The notes under the pieces are model-generated. The model was not told where the DNA came from and did no database searches. It saw only the letters and a program-made list of their open reading frames with translations. From an uncultured Planctomycetota bacterium (lineage in GTDB: Bacteria > Planctomycetota > Planctomycetia > Isosphaerales > Isosphaeraceae), in the NCBI GenBank assembly GCA_963823665.1, contig CAWGMQ010000008.1, positions 1,056,001-1,120,000 on the forward strand: a stretch of DNA of 64,000 bases. The letters run 5' to 3'. Of the stretch, positions 43,135 through 53,221 are shown piece by piece. The stretch's first letter is position 1. Every line of letters starts with the position of its first letter. The position numbers and the translations under genes are program-made.

Positions 43135-44498
43135 TGTTGGATCACCCAGCGAGTCTCTGGAACGTTATCGAAGGAGTATCACAACCGGCGAGTCTGGGGC
43201 CCAGTGCGGCACAACCGCACGCGACGGCTGCCGGTGCCGGCTTCCCTCGTGCCGGCTTCCCTCGTGCGGGCGAGCTTCTCGGCTCCGACGCAAAGCGCGA
43301 TCAATCCGATTCGCCGCGCGCGAACGTGAAACCGGTGCTGGTGGTCGTCGACGACGAATCGGACGTTCTGCGTGCACTGCAAGACCTGCTGCGGATGGAC
43401 TATCAGGTGTACACCTTCCGGCAGGGGTCCGAAGCGCTCGATTTCCTGCGCAGCACCCCGCGCGTGCATGTGATTCTCTCCGACCAGCGAATGCCGGGGA
43501 TGAGCGGGGTTGAGGTTCTGCGACAGGCGATGACGATTCGCCCTGAGACGACGCGGCTGTTGTTCACGGCCTATACCGATCTCCGCGCCGTAGTTGATGC
43601 CATCAATCAGGGCAACTTGTTCCGGTATGTGGCCAAGCCGTACGACCCCGACATGCTTTCCGCGGTTTTGCGGCAAGCTGTCGAACATCACGAGCTCATC
43701 GTGGAGAAGAATGCGCTCCTTGCCGAGCTCCAGAGATCCAACACCAAGCTCTTGGAGGCCAACCGAGTGAAGGGAGCGTTCATCGAGGTTGTGAGCCACG
43801 AGCTGAATACGCCGCTCACGGTTGTCCTGGGGATGATCGACCTGTGGAGGATGTCCCAGAGCGCGACCGCCACGCCGGTTGAGCGCCAATGGGTCGACCG
43901 CATCGGCGCCGCGGCGGGGCGGCTGGCACGAACGGTCGACCGGATGCTCAAGCTCGTCCGAAATCGCGACTTCACGCAGTCGCTGAACATCGAGAAGGTC
44001 AGCCTGGCTCCAATAGCCGACCGCGTCGTCGAAGAGCTTTCCCCGTATCTCGAGCTGCGCAGACAGAAGGTCACCGTGCGCCTCGATCCCGACCTGGGAT
44101 TAATCGAGGTTGATCCGAGCAAGATTGCCGATGTCCTGATCAACCTTCTGGCGAACGCGGTAAAATTCACGCCCGACTGCGGCGCGATTCGGCTCGAAGC
44201 TCGCCCGCAGCCGAATTCACCAGGCGAGTTCCGCGTCGAAGTGACCGACCAGGGCGCGGGCGTGCCACAATGCGACCAGGAGCACCTATTCGAACCGTTC
44301 TTCACCGGTTTCGACACCCTTCGCCACTCGTCTGGTGATTACGAGTTCGGCAAGCGCGGCATCGGGCTGGGCCTTTGCCTCGTCAAGACCTTCGTCCAGC
44401 TTCACGGCGGCCGCGTTGAAGTCTCGAGCACGCCCGGATCCGGCTCAACCTTCGCCTTCGTGCTGCCGCGATCTCAGAGCAACCGTGTCCGCGACTGA
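43134..44498 (+). CDS. Hybrid receiver-histidine kinase
   Basis: VVDDE, SDQRMPG, VSHELNTPL (H box), NLLANAVKFT, DQGAG and GIGLGL. Confidence 0.92.
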   Translation: MLDHPASLWNVIEGVSQPASLGPSAAQPHATAAGAGFPRAGFPRAGELLGSDAKRDQSDSPRANVKPVLVVVDDESDVLRALQDLLRMDYQVYTFRQGSEALDFLRSTPRVHVILSDQRMPGMSGVEVLRQAMTIRPETTRLLFTAYTDLRAVVDAINQGNLFRYVAKPYDPDMLSAVLRQAVEHHELIVEKNALLAELQRSNTKLLEANRVKGAFIEVVSHELNTPLTVVLGMIDLWRMSQSATATPVERQWVDRIGAAAGRLARTVDRMLKLVRNRDFTQSLNIEKVSLAPIADRVVEELSPYLELRRQKVTVRLDPDLGLIEVDPSKIADVLINLLANAVKFTPDCGAIRLEARPQPNSPGEFRVEVTDQGAGVPQCDQEHLFEPFFTGFDTLRHSSGDYEFGKRGIGLGLCLVKTFVQLHGGRVEVSSTPGSGSTFAFVLPRSQSNRVRD

Positions 44499-44547
44499 CT
44501 TCGTCTTACCGCGCTCGCAACGGAGTAACTCCGCACGATCCGCTCGG

Positions 44548-45504
44548 TCAGTTGATCGACTTTCGACAGAAGTCGAGCATATCGGCCAGCGTGTTCTGCA
44601 TCGAGTATTGCGGCGTCCAGCCGACGGCCGCCCGCAGCTTCGACGCATCCGCGACCAGCATCGGCTGATCGACGGGCCGCACCAGCGCCTGATCGACGTG
44701 AACCTCGATTGGAAGGTTGGCCAGCGATCGTAGATGCTCGATTGCGTCGGCGATTCGCGTGCCCGATCCGCTTCCCAGGTTGTAAACTTCGCCAGGCTGT
44801 CCTCCCGATGCCAGAAGCCGATAGCCGCGGACGACGTCGCGCACGTCGGTGAAGTCTCGGATCACGTCCAGGTTGCCGACTTCCACGCGGGGCGAGCGGC
44901 CTTTCTCCACCTGGGCGACTTGTTGCGCCAGCGCGGCCAGGACATAACGAGGTGACTGCCGCGGCCCGGCGTGGTTGAAAGGACGGACAACCACGACGTG
45001 GGTTCCATGCGTCAGGTAATGCTGTATTCCCAGGAGATCAACGGCCGCCTTGCTTGCTGCATAGGGGTTATTCGGCCGCAAGGGACAGTCTTCCCTGACC
45101 GGGATCAACTCCGGCGGCGGATTGCCGTAACAGACTCCCGAGCTGACAAGTACGACCCGCGGGCTCTGACCGGAGAGCTTCACCGCCTCGAGCAGGTTGA
45201 AGCTTCCCCAAAAATTGAGAGCCCACGTGGCCCGCGGATCGGCGAGGCTGGCCTGCGGGTTGGATTGCGCCGCCAGATGATAGATCACCTCGGGCTGCTT
45301 GCGACGAATGAGCTCGGCGAGCTTCGCCTCGCTATCCTCGACGAGATTGAAGCGCTCGATGCGTGCGCGCTGACCCAGATGCGCCAGCTCCGCCGGCCAT
45401 CGCCCGGATGCTGACAGGCCAACCACGATGTCGCCTTCGGCGACGAGGTGCTCTGTCAGGTGACCGCCGACAAATCCCGAGATTCCGGTGAGCAGAGCTC
45501 GCAT
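44548..45504 (-). CDS. GDP-mannose 4,6-dehydratase / GDP-4-keto-6-deoxymannose reductase-like extended SDR
   Basis: TGISGFVG, HLAAQS, NPYAASK, RPFNHAGP and RDFTDVRD. Confidence 0.9.
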   Translation of the reverse strand: MRALLTGISGFVGGHLTEHLVAEGDIVVGLSASGRWPAELAHLGQRARIERFNLVEDSEAKLAELIRRKQPEVIYHLAAQSNPQASLADPRATWALNFWGSFNLLEAVKLSGQSPRVVLVSSGVCYGNPPPELIPVREDCPLRPNNPYAASKAAVDLLGIQHYLTHGTHVVVVRPFNHAGPRQSPRYVLAALAQQVAQVEKGRSPRVEVGNLDVIRDFTDVRDVVRGYRLLASGGQPGEVYNLGSGSGTRIADAIEHLRSLANLPIEVHVDQALVRPVDQPMLVADASKLRAAVGWTPQYSMQNTLADMLDFCRKSIN

Positions 45505-45905
45505 TAGTGTTGGGTTGTTGTTTCTTCGTGAGCAAGACTCGTAAGGCGGCCAAGTCCCACTGCCAGCTTCGCGAGGACCAGTTGATTCAAGTTCACTCCC
45601 TCCAACGACGCCTCCCGCTCGAGTGCCGCGTGCAGCGACTTGGGAAGCCAGACGACGAACCGTCCACTCTTCTTGGGTGACGCGCCGTCCACCAGCCCGT
45701 GGCGCTCGGTGGCATCAGCGATCAACTGGCGAATTCGCTTGTACTCTTCCGTTTTGACAGACGCTTCCCGCGCTTTGCGCGTGGTGGAGGCTCGCGCCAC
45801 CAGCCCATCGACAGGGTTGAACAGGAAATTCGACAGATCGGCCCACGACTCTGCGTCATGGGCAGCTCGCTCGGCTTCGTCCAGAAGTTCGTGAGTGGAA
45901 GTCAC
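45504..45905 (-). CDS. HicB-like antitoxin-family protein with C-terminal RHH domain
   Basis: KSGRFVVWLPKSLHAALEREASLEGVNLNQLVLAKLA. The stop codon overlaps the SDR start (TAATG). Confidence 0.75.
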   Translation of the reverse strand: MTSTHELLDEAERAAHDAESWADLSNFLFNPVDGLVARASTTRKAREASVKTEEYKRIRQLIADATERHGLVDGASPKKSGRFVVWLPKSLHAALEREASLEGVNLNQLVLAKLAVGLGRLTSLAHEETTTQH

Positions 45906-46573
45906 GAAATGACCATCGGAATTAACAAGATCGCCTTCTTCAGCATCGACCGACGATACCAGATACGATACTTTGTTGGAACAGCTCAATCGCCGGCTCT
46001 GCTTCGCACGCGCGCCCGTCGGCCTGGTGATGCCAGCGTTCGATTCTTCTGTATGATCACGGGATGTCAGGCGAGGGCGATCTAATCACTGACTTTTTCA
46101 AGTGTCGGTTGGCAGGAGAGTTGCGGCGATGAAAACTGATGATATAATAAAAATTACTTGAAATATCGAGTTGACTTAAATATCAGCGGATTTGCGCATG
46201 CTGAGGAGCGGCGTGCGTCTGTGTGAATTCGCTGGCTTTTTTGGAGAAAATCTTGGCGTACATCCGAATCTGGATATCTCCTGACGGCGACTCCTTTGAC
46301 GCGCGGCACGAGGTCAAAAAGTCTCCAGTGCCGGGTATGCAGTCCGAGGCCGAAAGCAAGCTGGCGCTCGAGCGACGAGAGCGGAAGAAGCTGCGCGAAA
46401 AGCGCAAGCAGGAACGTCTCGAGCGGAAACCCGTGCAGCCGGAGTCAAAATGCGGGAATGACGTGTGTTTCAAGAGTCGAGAGACGAAAACTCTAGTGCA
46501 CATCCGATATCAGGACGCCACCCAGGCGAGACGCTGATTGCAAAACTGCGTCACGCCGATGTAACTTGGGTGG

Positions 46574-46870
46574 ATGAGCCAGTTGATCCGGGAGGTGAAT
46601 CCCGGCGAGCTTCGGCTTCCGCCGAGTCGCGCCAGCGGAGCCGATCCGTGGAAACTGCACCAGCAGATCCGGCAGTTCGGCTCGTCAAAGACCGGGATGC
46701 CGCCAATCCTTGTCCACGAGGATCCGGACGGAATCCTGGAGATCTCCGACGGAGTCACCCGAGCGACCCGGATCGCGAAACTGGCACCCGGACAGTTGGT
46801 CCCTATTGTGGTGATTGGGCAATATCGCCGGAGCCGGGCCGGTTCTCCATGCGTGAGGGATCGGCTGTGA
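46574..46870 (+). CDS. Small ParB/sulfiredoxin-like domain protein (98 aa)
   Basis: MPPILV....G.LEISDGVTRA...VPIVV matches the ParB/Srx P-I-x-V...DG-x-x-R pattern. Confidence 0.65.
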   Translation: MSQLIREVNPGELRLPPSRASGADPWKLHQQIRQFGSSKTGMPPILVHEDPDGILEISDGVTRATRIAKLAPGQLVPIVVIGQYRRSRAGSPCVRDRL

Positions 46871-47100
46871 GCGAGATCGAAATTCGGGCGGACGTGTTTA
46901 CTGCCCTACAGGCTTTGTCAGAGGTCATACCCGAGATGCGGACCGGCCAGCTCATGGCCGCAGTCGGGGAGCTGTGCAGCGATATTCACGGACGCGGCCT
47001 GTGGGACGCCACCGACCCAGAATTGCTCGAAGCAGTCTGGCAGTTTCGACGCAACTACGAGGCGGCTGTCACCCCCACCCATGAAAACGCCACGCCATAA
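46867..47100 (+). CDS. Small acidic helical protein (77 aa)
   Basis: GTGA overlap with the upstream gene. Sequence L..LSEVIPEMRTGQLM...LWDATDPELLEA. Confidence 0.65.
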   Translation: MSEIEIRADVFTALQALSEVIPEMRTGQLMAAVGELCSDIHGRGLWDATDPELLEAVWQFRRNYEAAVTPTHENATP

Positions 47101-47260
47101 TGGATTAGAGTCGGCGAAGCCGGGCTCAAGACCGGTCGTCAAGAACCCCATGGCTTTTCCGCACAGGCGACGTTGCGGGCAGCGCGGCGTAAGAGCGCTG
47201 CGATTGTCGAACCAGGCTCGTGCATTCATTGCTTCAGGATGTCGACGACGAGGGTAACCG

Positions 47261-48889
47261 ATGAACGGATTGATGATGGACTGGCCGCTCCTGATCCCGA
47301 GCATTCTACGGAGGGCGTCACAGTTCTTTCCCGATAAGGAGATTGTCAGCCGCCTCGGTGACGGCAGCCTGCACCGAGCGAACTACCGGGAGCTCAACCG
47401 CCGCGTCCACAGGCTGATGAATGTGCTGACCCGCCTGGGCGTCAAGCCCGGCGATCGAGTCGCCACGTTTGCCTGGAACCACTTCCGGCACCTGGAGCTT
47501 TATTTTGCCGCACCGGCTGTCGGAGCCGTCCTGCACACGATCAACATTCGTCTGCCGCGCGAGCAAATCATCTACATCATCAATCACGCCGACGATCGCT
47601 TGATTTTTCTGGACAAATCGGTCGCGTGCCCGATCGCCGAGATGCAGCGGGACCTTCCGTCCGGTCTGGGCTACGTGGTGATGGACGATCTCGGACCGGA
47701 GCCGGCCAGCATCCCCTCGCCGTCACACGACTACGAGACGCTGCTTGCAAGCGAGGCCGACCGCGCCCCATTTCCTGATCTCGATGAAAGGGCGGCCGCC
47801 GGTCTTTGCTATACCTCGGGAACGACGGGCGAGCCGAAGGGCGTGCTCTACAGCCATCGATCGACCGTGCTGCACGCGATGGCCGCCTGCATGGTCGACG
47901 CTGCCGCGATGACCGAGCGTGAGGTCATGCTGCTCACCGTTCCCATGTTCCACGTCAATGCCTGGGGAATGCCCTATTCCTGCACGATCGCGGGTGCCAA
48001 GCAGGTCTTGCCCGGCCCGTACATGATCGGCCAGCCGGTCGCCGAGCTGATCGAGGGCGAGCGAGTGACAAGCGCCGCCGGAGTTCCCACGATCTACAAC
48101 TTGCTGTACCAGCACCTGAAGGAAAAGACGTATGACCTTTCGAGCCTCAAAACCGTGCTGATCGGTGGCGCTGCGGCTTCTCGGACGATGATGGAGAACT
48201 ACCAGCGCGACTTCGGCATCACGATCCTGCACGCTTGGGGCATGACGGAAACTTCGCCTCTGGGTACGATTTCCCGCCTGAAGAGCACCATGGAAGACTG
48301 GCCTCACGAGCGCCAGATCGAGGTGCGGCTCAAGCAGGGGCTTCCCGTGCTGGGAGTCGAGCTCAAGGTGGCCGGGCCCCAGGGTGAAGAGCTTCCCTGG
48401 GACGGCGAGCAAGTCGGCGAGCTGCTCGTGCGCGGGCCCTGGATCGCCAGCAGCTATTACAATAACCCCGGCGCAGGCGCTTCGTTTACCAGCGACGGCT
48501 GGTTCCGCACCGGCGATATGGTGACGATCGACCGCGAGGGCTACGTCCAGATCACCGACCGCAAGAAAGACCTGATCAAGCGCAAGGGAGAATGGATCTC
48601 CAGTGTCGATATGGAAAACGCCGCGCTGGCGCACGCCGGCGTCGCCGAAGCCGCCGTGATCGCCCGGTTTGACGAGATCTGTGACGAAGTACCGGTCGTA
48701 CTTGTTGTCCGGCGCGACCACGCCCGCCAGCCCGTCCACGCACAAGACGTCATCGACGTGCTCTCGAAGACATTCCGAAAATGGCAGTTGCCTGCCATCG
48801 AAGACATCCACTTCGTCGATGCGCTGCCCAAGACCAGCGTCGGCAAGCTCGACAAGAAGGTCATGCGAAAAATGTTGCCGAAGCTGTAA
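47261..48889 (+). CDS. Fatty-acid--CoA ligase (AMP-binding, AlkK/DmdB-like)
   Basis: YTSGTTGEPKG, PMFHVNAWG, WGMTETSP, GWFRTGD, DRKKDLIK and LPKTSVGK. Confidence 0.93.
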   Translation: MNGLMMDWPLLIPSILRRASQFFPDKEIVSRLGDGSLHRANYRELNRRVHRLMNVLTRLGVKPGDRVATFAWNHFRHLELYFAAPAVGAVLHTINIRLPREQIIYIINHADDRLIFLDKSVACPIAEMQRDLPSGLGYVVMDDLGPEPASIPSPSHDYETLLASEADRAPFPDLDERAAAGLCYTSGTTGEPKGVLYSHRSTVLHAMAACMVDAAAMTEREVMLLTVPMFHVNAWGMPYSCTIAGAKQVLPGPYMIGQPVAELIEGERVTSAAGVPTIYNLLYQHLKEKTYDLSSLKTVLIGGAAASRTMMENYQRDFGITILHAWGMTETSPLGTISRLKSTMEDWPHERQIEVRLKQGLPVLGVELKVAGPQGEELPWDGEQVGELLVRGPWIASSYYNNPGAGASFTSDGWFRTGDMVTIDREGYVQITDRKKDLIKRKGEWISSVDMENAALAHAGVAEAAVIARFDEICDEVPVVLVVRRDHARQPVHAQDVIDVLSKTFRKWQLPAIEDIHFVDALPKTSVGKLDKKVMRKMLPKL

Positions 48890-48963
48890 AAAAACTGGAC
48901 TGATATTCCCTCCCGCCGGGCACTATGTGCCGGAACCAGAAATTCACGCGGGAGTAGGACCGG

Positions 48964-51825
48964 ATGGCGGTTGAGCGATCAGAAGCCTCGCTGAAGCACT
49001 TGCGAACCCTCTGGAACGAGGGCGCAATCAGCTCGCTTGGCGATCGAGAGCTGCTCGCGCGGTTCGTCGCGCATACGGGGGATGCGGCCGAGGCCGCGTT
49101 TGCGGCCCTGATGGAACGCCACGCGCCCATGGTTCTCCTCGTCTGCCGCCAAATGCTGGGCGACGAGCATGACGCCCAGGACGCCTGCCAGGCCACCTTC
49201 CTGGTTCTTGCGAAGAAGGCTCGCTCGATCAAGAAGCCGGAAGCGCTCGGTAGCTGGCTGCACGGCGTCGCCCTGCGGGTCTCCGCCAAGGCCAAAACGG
49301 CCGCCGCCCGGCGTCGATCTCACGAACGGCAAGGTGTTCACATGGTTGCACGATCCGAAAGCGATTGGCCGGGAGCCGATCCCTGCCCGGAGCTGCACGA
49401 GGAAATCGCCCGGCTCCCTGAGCGTTATCGATTGCCAGTGGTGCTCTGCTACCTCGAGGGCCTGACCCACGATCAGGCCGCGCGCAAGCTGGGCTGGCCG
49501 TTGGGGACCGTGGAGAGCCGTCTGGCCCGAGCCCGCGGCCGCCTGCGACGGCGACTTGAGCACCGAGGCGCGATGCCCGGTGTCGCACTGCTCGGAGCCC
49601 GCTCACTTGCCGATCTCGCCAAGACAACCGTTTCGTCGGGCTGGATCGAGGCTACGGCTCGATCCGCAACCCAGTTCGCAGCCGGTGAAACCGCGGCCGC
49701 CGTCGCCTCGGCCAACGTGGCATTCCTGACACGAGAGACCCTGAACATGATGACGCTCTCGCAGATCAAGCTCGCAATCGCCTGTTCTCTTGCCGCGGTC
49801 GCGGTCGCAACGGGCGTGGTGGCCGTCGTTCGCGCGGTACCGGCGGCGACATCGCAACCGCCTCTGATTGCGGCGATTCAGCCGGGCCCACCCGCCGCGG
49901 AGCGGGCGAAGCCTCCGGAGCCGCCAGTCGCACCGGTGACGATCAAGGTCCGCGGCCGCGTGCTTGATCCGGCGGGACGTCCACTCCAGGGCTCGCGATT
50001 GTGGCTCGCGTTCCAGGGCACTGACTGGACGTGGTCGAACCGGGTTCCGGAGGTCCGGGCCACCTCGGGTGCAGACGGGCGTTTCGAGTTCACCGTCTCG
50101 GACAACGATCCCGAAGTCAGCCGTGCCCTGCGCATGACGTCCGGCTGGCCCGATGGCTTCGGCGACATCCAGATCCTCGCCTCGGCAGACGGTTTCGGAC
50201 CGGCCTGGACCCCGCTGGCGGCCATCAAGACCGAGATCGAGCTGCGACTCGTTCCCGACGACATCCCGATCGAAGGCCGCCTGCTCACGCTCGAAGGCCA
50301 TCCGATCGTCGGCGCCACCGTGAAAACGCAGATGGTGGAGGATGCGGCTCGATCTAAGACCACCTTCGGAGCCCCGTCTGGCTTCTTCCAATCGGCGACG
50401 ACCGATGCCGAAGGCAGGTTTCGACTGACGGGGTTCGGCCGCGGGCGGCGGGTGATGCTGGGCTTTGCCGGCGGCGGGATCAAGCGCGAGGAAGTCCAAG
50501 CCGTGACGGGAACCTTCCCGGCGGATCATCCCACCCGATTTCGCGGGATCGCTCAAGTGGGGCCGAAGTTTGAGCACCTATGCAAGCCAGGCAAGTCTAT
50601 CGAAGGAGTCGTCCGAGATCTCGACACCGGGGCGGCACTCCCCGGAATCACGGTGAGAGCGGAATTTGGAGGCTATGCCTGGGCGACCACCGACCAAAAC
50701 GGCAGGTATCGGATCGAGGGATTGGACAGCTCACCGACGCGGCGAATGACGGCCTCGGCACGCGGGGGCGATCAGCCGTACCTGACCTCCGAGCGGACGG
50801 TGAACGACAAGGCCGGTTACGACACGATGGCAGTCGACTTCAGTCTGTTGAAGGGCGTCGTCGTCACCGGGCGCATGACTGACCGCGCAACCGGGAAGCC
50901 CGTGCAGGCCTGGGTGGGTTACGCAGCAATGCGAGACAATCCGCACTGGTCGAGAGCCCCAGGCTTTACTCAGGTCCCCGGGATCGGCAACGGCTACCGG
51001 CCTATCCACTACGTTCCGGCAATGGCAGACGGCAGCTACCGCCTCGTCACTCTTCCGGGGAAGGGTTTCCTCGTCGCGTTCATCCAGTATCAATCCGACC
51101 GCTTCCTCCCCGCCGGCGTCCCGAACAAAAGGAAACCGGGCGCACCGGCGGATGCCCTCGACGTCCACTATGACACGGTGCCGTTCGAGCTTTTCCCTTC
51201 CAATTTCCCCGCAGTCAAAGAGATCGATATCGCCCCCGGAACGGAAGCGATTACGCGCGATCTGACTTTCGACTCAGGCGTGACACGTATCGGCACCGTC
51301 GTCGATTCTGAGGGGCATCCACTCGAAGGCACGACCACCATGGCCGGCGAGACGCGTGAGCAGTTCTACCGACTCAATGCGATTGACGGCTCCAAATTCA
51401 CAGTCTACGGTCTGTTCCGCGATCCGAAGCTGTACCGCACGGTGATTTTTCGCAATGAGGCGCGCGGGCTCGGCACGACGCTGCGGGTCGACGGCAGCGA
51501 TGCCGGCCCGATCAACGTTCGCCTCGATCCATTGGCCAGCCTCACCGGCCGGTTGGTCGACGAGTCCGGAAAACCCCGCAAAGACGCTGAGATGCGACTG
51601 CTGCGGATCGTGGAGGAGCCATACGTTGGGGCCAACGGCGAGTTCTCACCCCCGCTGCGAGCGACGACCGACGGCGATGGCCGATTCCGCATCGATGGCA
51701 TCATTCCGGGCACCGCCTACTGGCTCCAGACATCGGAAGGCCGGTTCTTCAATCGGGATTTGTGGACGCCCAGACCCGCCGAGAAGAAAGACCTCGGCGA
51801 CATCACACCCAAACCGGTGAGCTGA
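48964..51825 (+). CDS. ECF sigma-70 factor with TM helix and long C-terminal carboxypeptidase-regulatory-like repeats
   Basis: DRELLARF, AFAALMERHAPMV, DACQATFLVL, WLHGVA, LCYLEG..H..AA..LGWP.GTV.SRL.RAR, and T(D/G).DGRF repeats. Confidence 0.92.
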   Translation: MAVERSEASLKHLRTLWNEGAISSLGDRELLARFVAHTGDAAEAAFAALMERHAPMVLLVCRQMLGDEHDAQDACQATFLVLAKKARSIKKPEALGSWLHGVALRVSAKAKTAAARRRSHERQGVHMVARSESDWPGADPCPELHEEIARLPERYRLPVVLCYLEGLTHDQAARKLGWPLGTVESRLARARGRLRRRLEHRGAMPGVALLGARSLADLAKTTVSSGWIEATARSATQFAAGETAAAVASANVAFLTRETLNMMTLSQIKLAIACSLAAVAVATGVVAVVRAVPAATSQPPLIAAIQPGPPAAERAKPPEPPVAPVTIKVRGRVLDPAGRPLQGSRLWLAFQGTDWTWSNRVPEVRATSGADGRFEFTVSDNDPEVSRALRMTSGWPDGFGDIQILASADGFGPAWTPLAAIKTEIELRLVPDDIPIEGRLLTLEGHPIVGATVKTQMVEDAARSKTTFGAPSGFFQSATTDAEGRFRLTGFGRGRRVMLGFAGGGIKREEVQAVTGTFPADHPTRFRGIAQVGPKFEHLCKPGKSIEGVVRDLDTGAALPGITVRAEFGGYAWATTDQNGRYRIEGLDSSPTRRMTASARGGDQPYLTSERTVNDKAGYDTMAVDFSLLKGVVVTGRMTDRATGKPVQAWVGYAAMRDNPHWSRAPGFTQVPGIGNGYRPIHYVPAMADGSYRLVTLPGKGFLVAFIQYQSDRFLPAGVPNKRKPGAPADALDVHYDTVPFELFPSNFPAVKEIDIAPGTEAITRDLTFDSGVTRIGTVVDSEGHPLEGTTTMAGETREQFYRLNAIDGSKFTVYGLFRDPKLYRTVIFRNEARGLGTTLRVDGSDAGPINVRLDPLASLTGRLVDESGKPRKDAEMRLLRIVEEPYVGANGEFSPPLRATTDGDGRFRIDGIIPGTAYWLQTSEGRFFNRDLWTPRPAEKKDLGDITPKPVS

Positions 51826-51839
51826 CCGGGGAGCTTGCG

Positions 51840-53188
51840 ATGCACTTCCGATCGCGATTCGAACGAGCGCGCACACCCTGGGCCGCCTATCAACCGAGCG
51901 AATCGGCTCCGTGGAACCTGCGCAGAGTCGTGCACTTGCATCGGTGCGCGGCCTTTGGCGCCCCTGGAATGTGCTCGAGCGCGACCTGCGTGAGGGCGTC
52001 GGACCGAGCGTCGAGCGCTTGCTGCAAGGGAAATCCCGTGAAGGAAGTGTTCCCGCCGGCTTCACTCAAGTTTCCGCGTTGGCCGCCGAGGCTGCGATCA
52101 CCACCAATGACCCCGAGCGGCTACGGGCGTGGTGGATCTACCGAATGATCTTCGGGCCGGACCCCCTGGGCGAGCGGCTCACGCTCATGTGGCACAACCA
52201 CTTCGCCACCAGCAATGCCAAGGTCAACAACCTCGCGCTCATGCGCCGGCAGAATGAGGCCTTTCGCGTTCGTGCCCGCGGCCGATTTACTGATCTGCTC
52301 AACACCGCCGTGCGCGACCCGGCGCTCTTGATCTGGCTCGACGCTCCCAGCAATCGCCGGGAACATCCCAACGAAAATCTCGCTCGCGAGCTGATGGAGC
52401 TGTTCACCCTTGGCGTCGGCCACTTCTCTGAAGCCGACGTCAAGCAGGCCGCTCGCGCTTTGACGGGCTGGACGGTGAAGGATCAGAAGTTTGGCGAGGA
52501 TCCCGAAGCACACGACGGCGGCGAGAAGGAGATTCTTGGCAGACGAGGAAACTGGTCAGGGGCAGACCTGATCAAGATTCTGGTGGAAAGCCCCGCGACG
52601 TCTGTTCGCCTGGCGTGGCGCATCTGCGACACATTTTTGGGCGAAGAGGCCGTCAGCCCATCGGAGATTGAAGCGCTGGCAGAGGAGCTGCGCCGCCATG
52701 ATCTGGACGTTGCGTGGGGCGTGGAAACGGTTCTACGATCGGAGGCGTTCTTTGCCGAATCCAACCTCGGTCGTCGCGTGCTCTGCGCCGGTCGAATACG
52801 TTGTCGGCGCGGTCCACGCACTCGAGCTGGACGACCCGCCCCCGAGCACGGTCGCCCTCGCGGAGGAGATCGCACTCCAGGGGCAGGACCTCTTCTACCC
52901 GCCGAACGTCGGCGGCTGGCCAGGCGGCCGGAGCTGGCTCGAGCCTCGAGCACTCGTCCGTCGCGCCAACTTCGCCGCCGCCCTGGTGGCGGCGCACTTG
53001 CCTGGTCGCAGCACGCCACTCACCGCGGAATCATTTGCTGCTTGTCACGATAAGCCGCGTGACCGCGACGGCGCGACTCGGGTTTCTTGAAGATGTTCTC
53101 CTTGGAACGAGAACGCGATCCGGCAGCCGCACAACGATGCCGAACACCCGGAACGCTGCTCGCATCGCCGCAGGCCCAATCGTTCTGA
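51840..53188 (+). CDS. DUF1800 family protein (several frameshifts)
   Basis: WNLRRVVHLHR, ERLTLMWHNHFATS, NENLARELMELFTLG, PPNVGGW, and C-terminus LLASPQAQSF*. Confidence 0.85.
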
Positions 53189-53221
53189 TCAATCTTCCCT
53201 CTTTTACCTGACGAGGCTCTC

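Noticed and set aside
46223..46537. 104-aa basic ORF
   Set aside because: No recognisable motif or RBS and there are competing antisense ORFs, so it cannot be supported as a gene.
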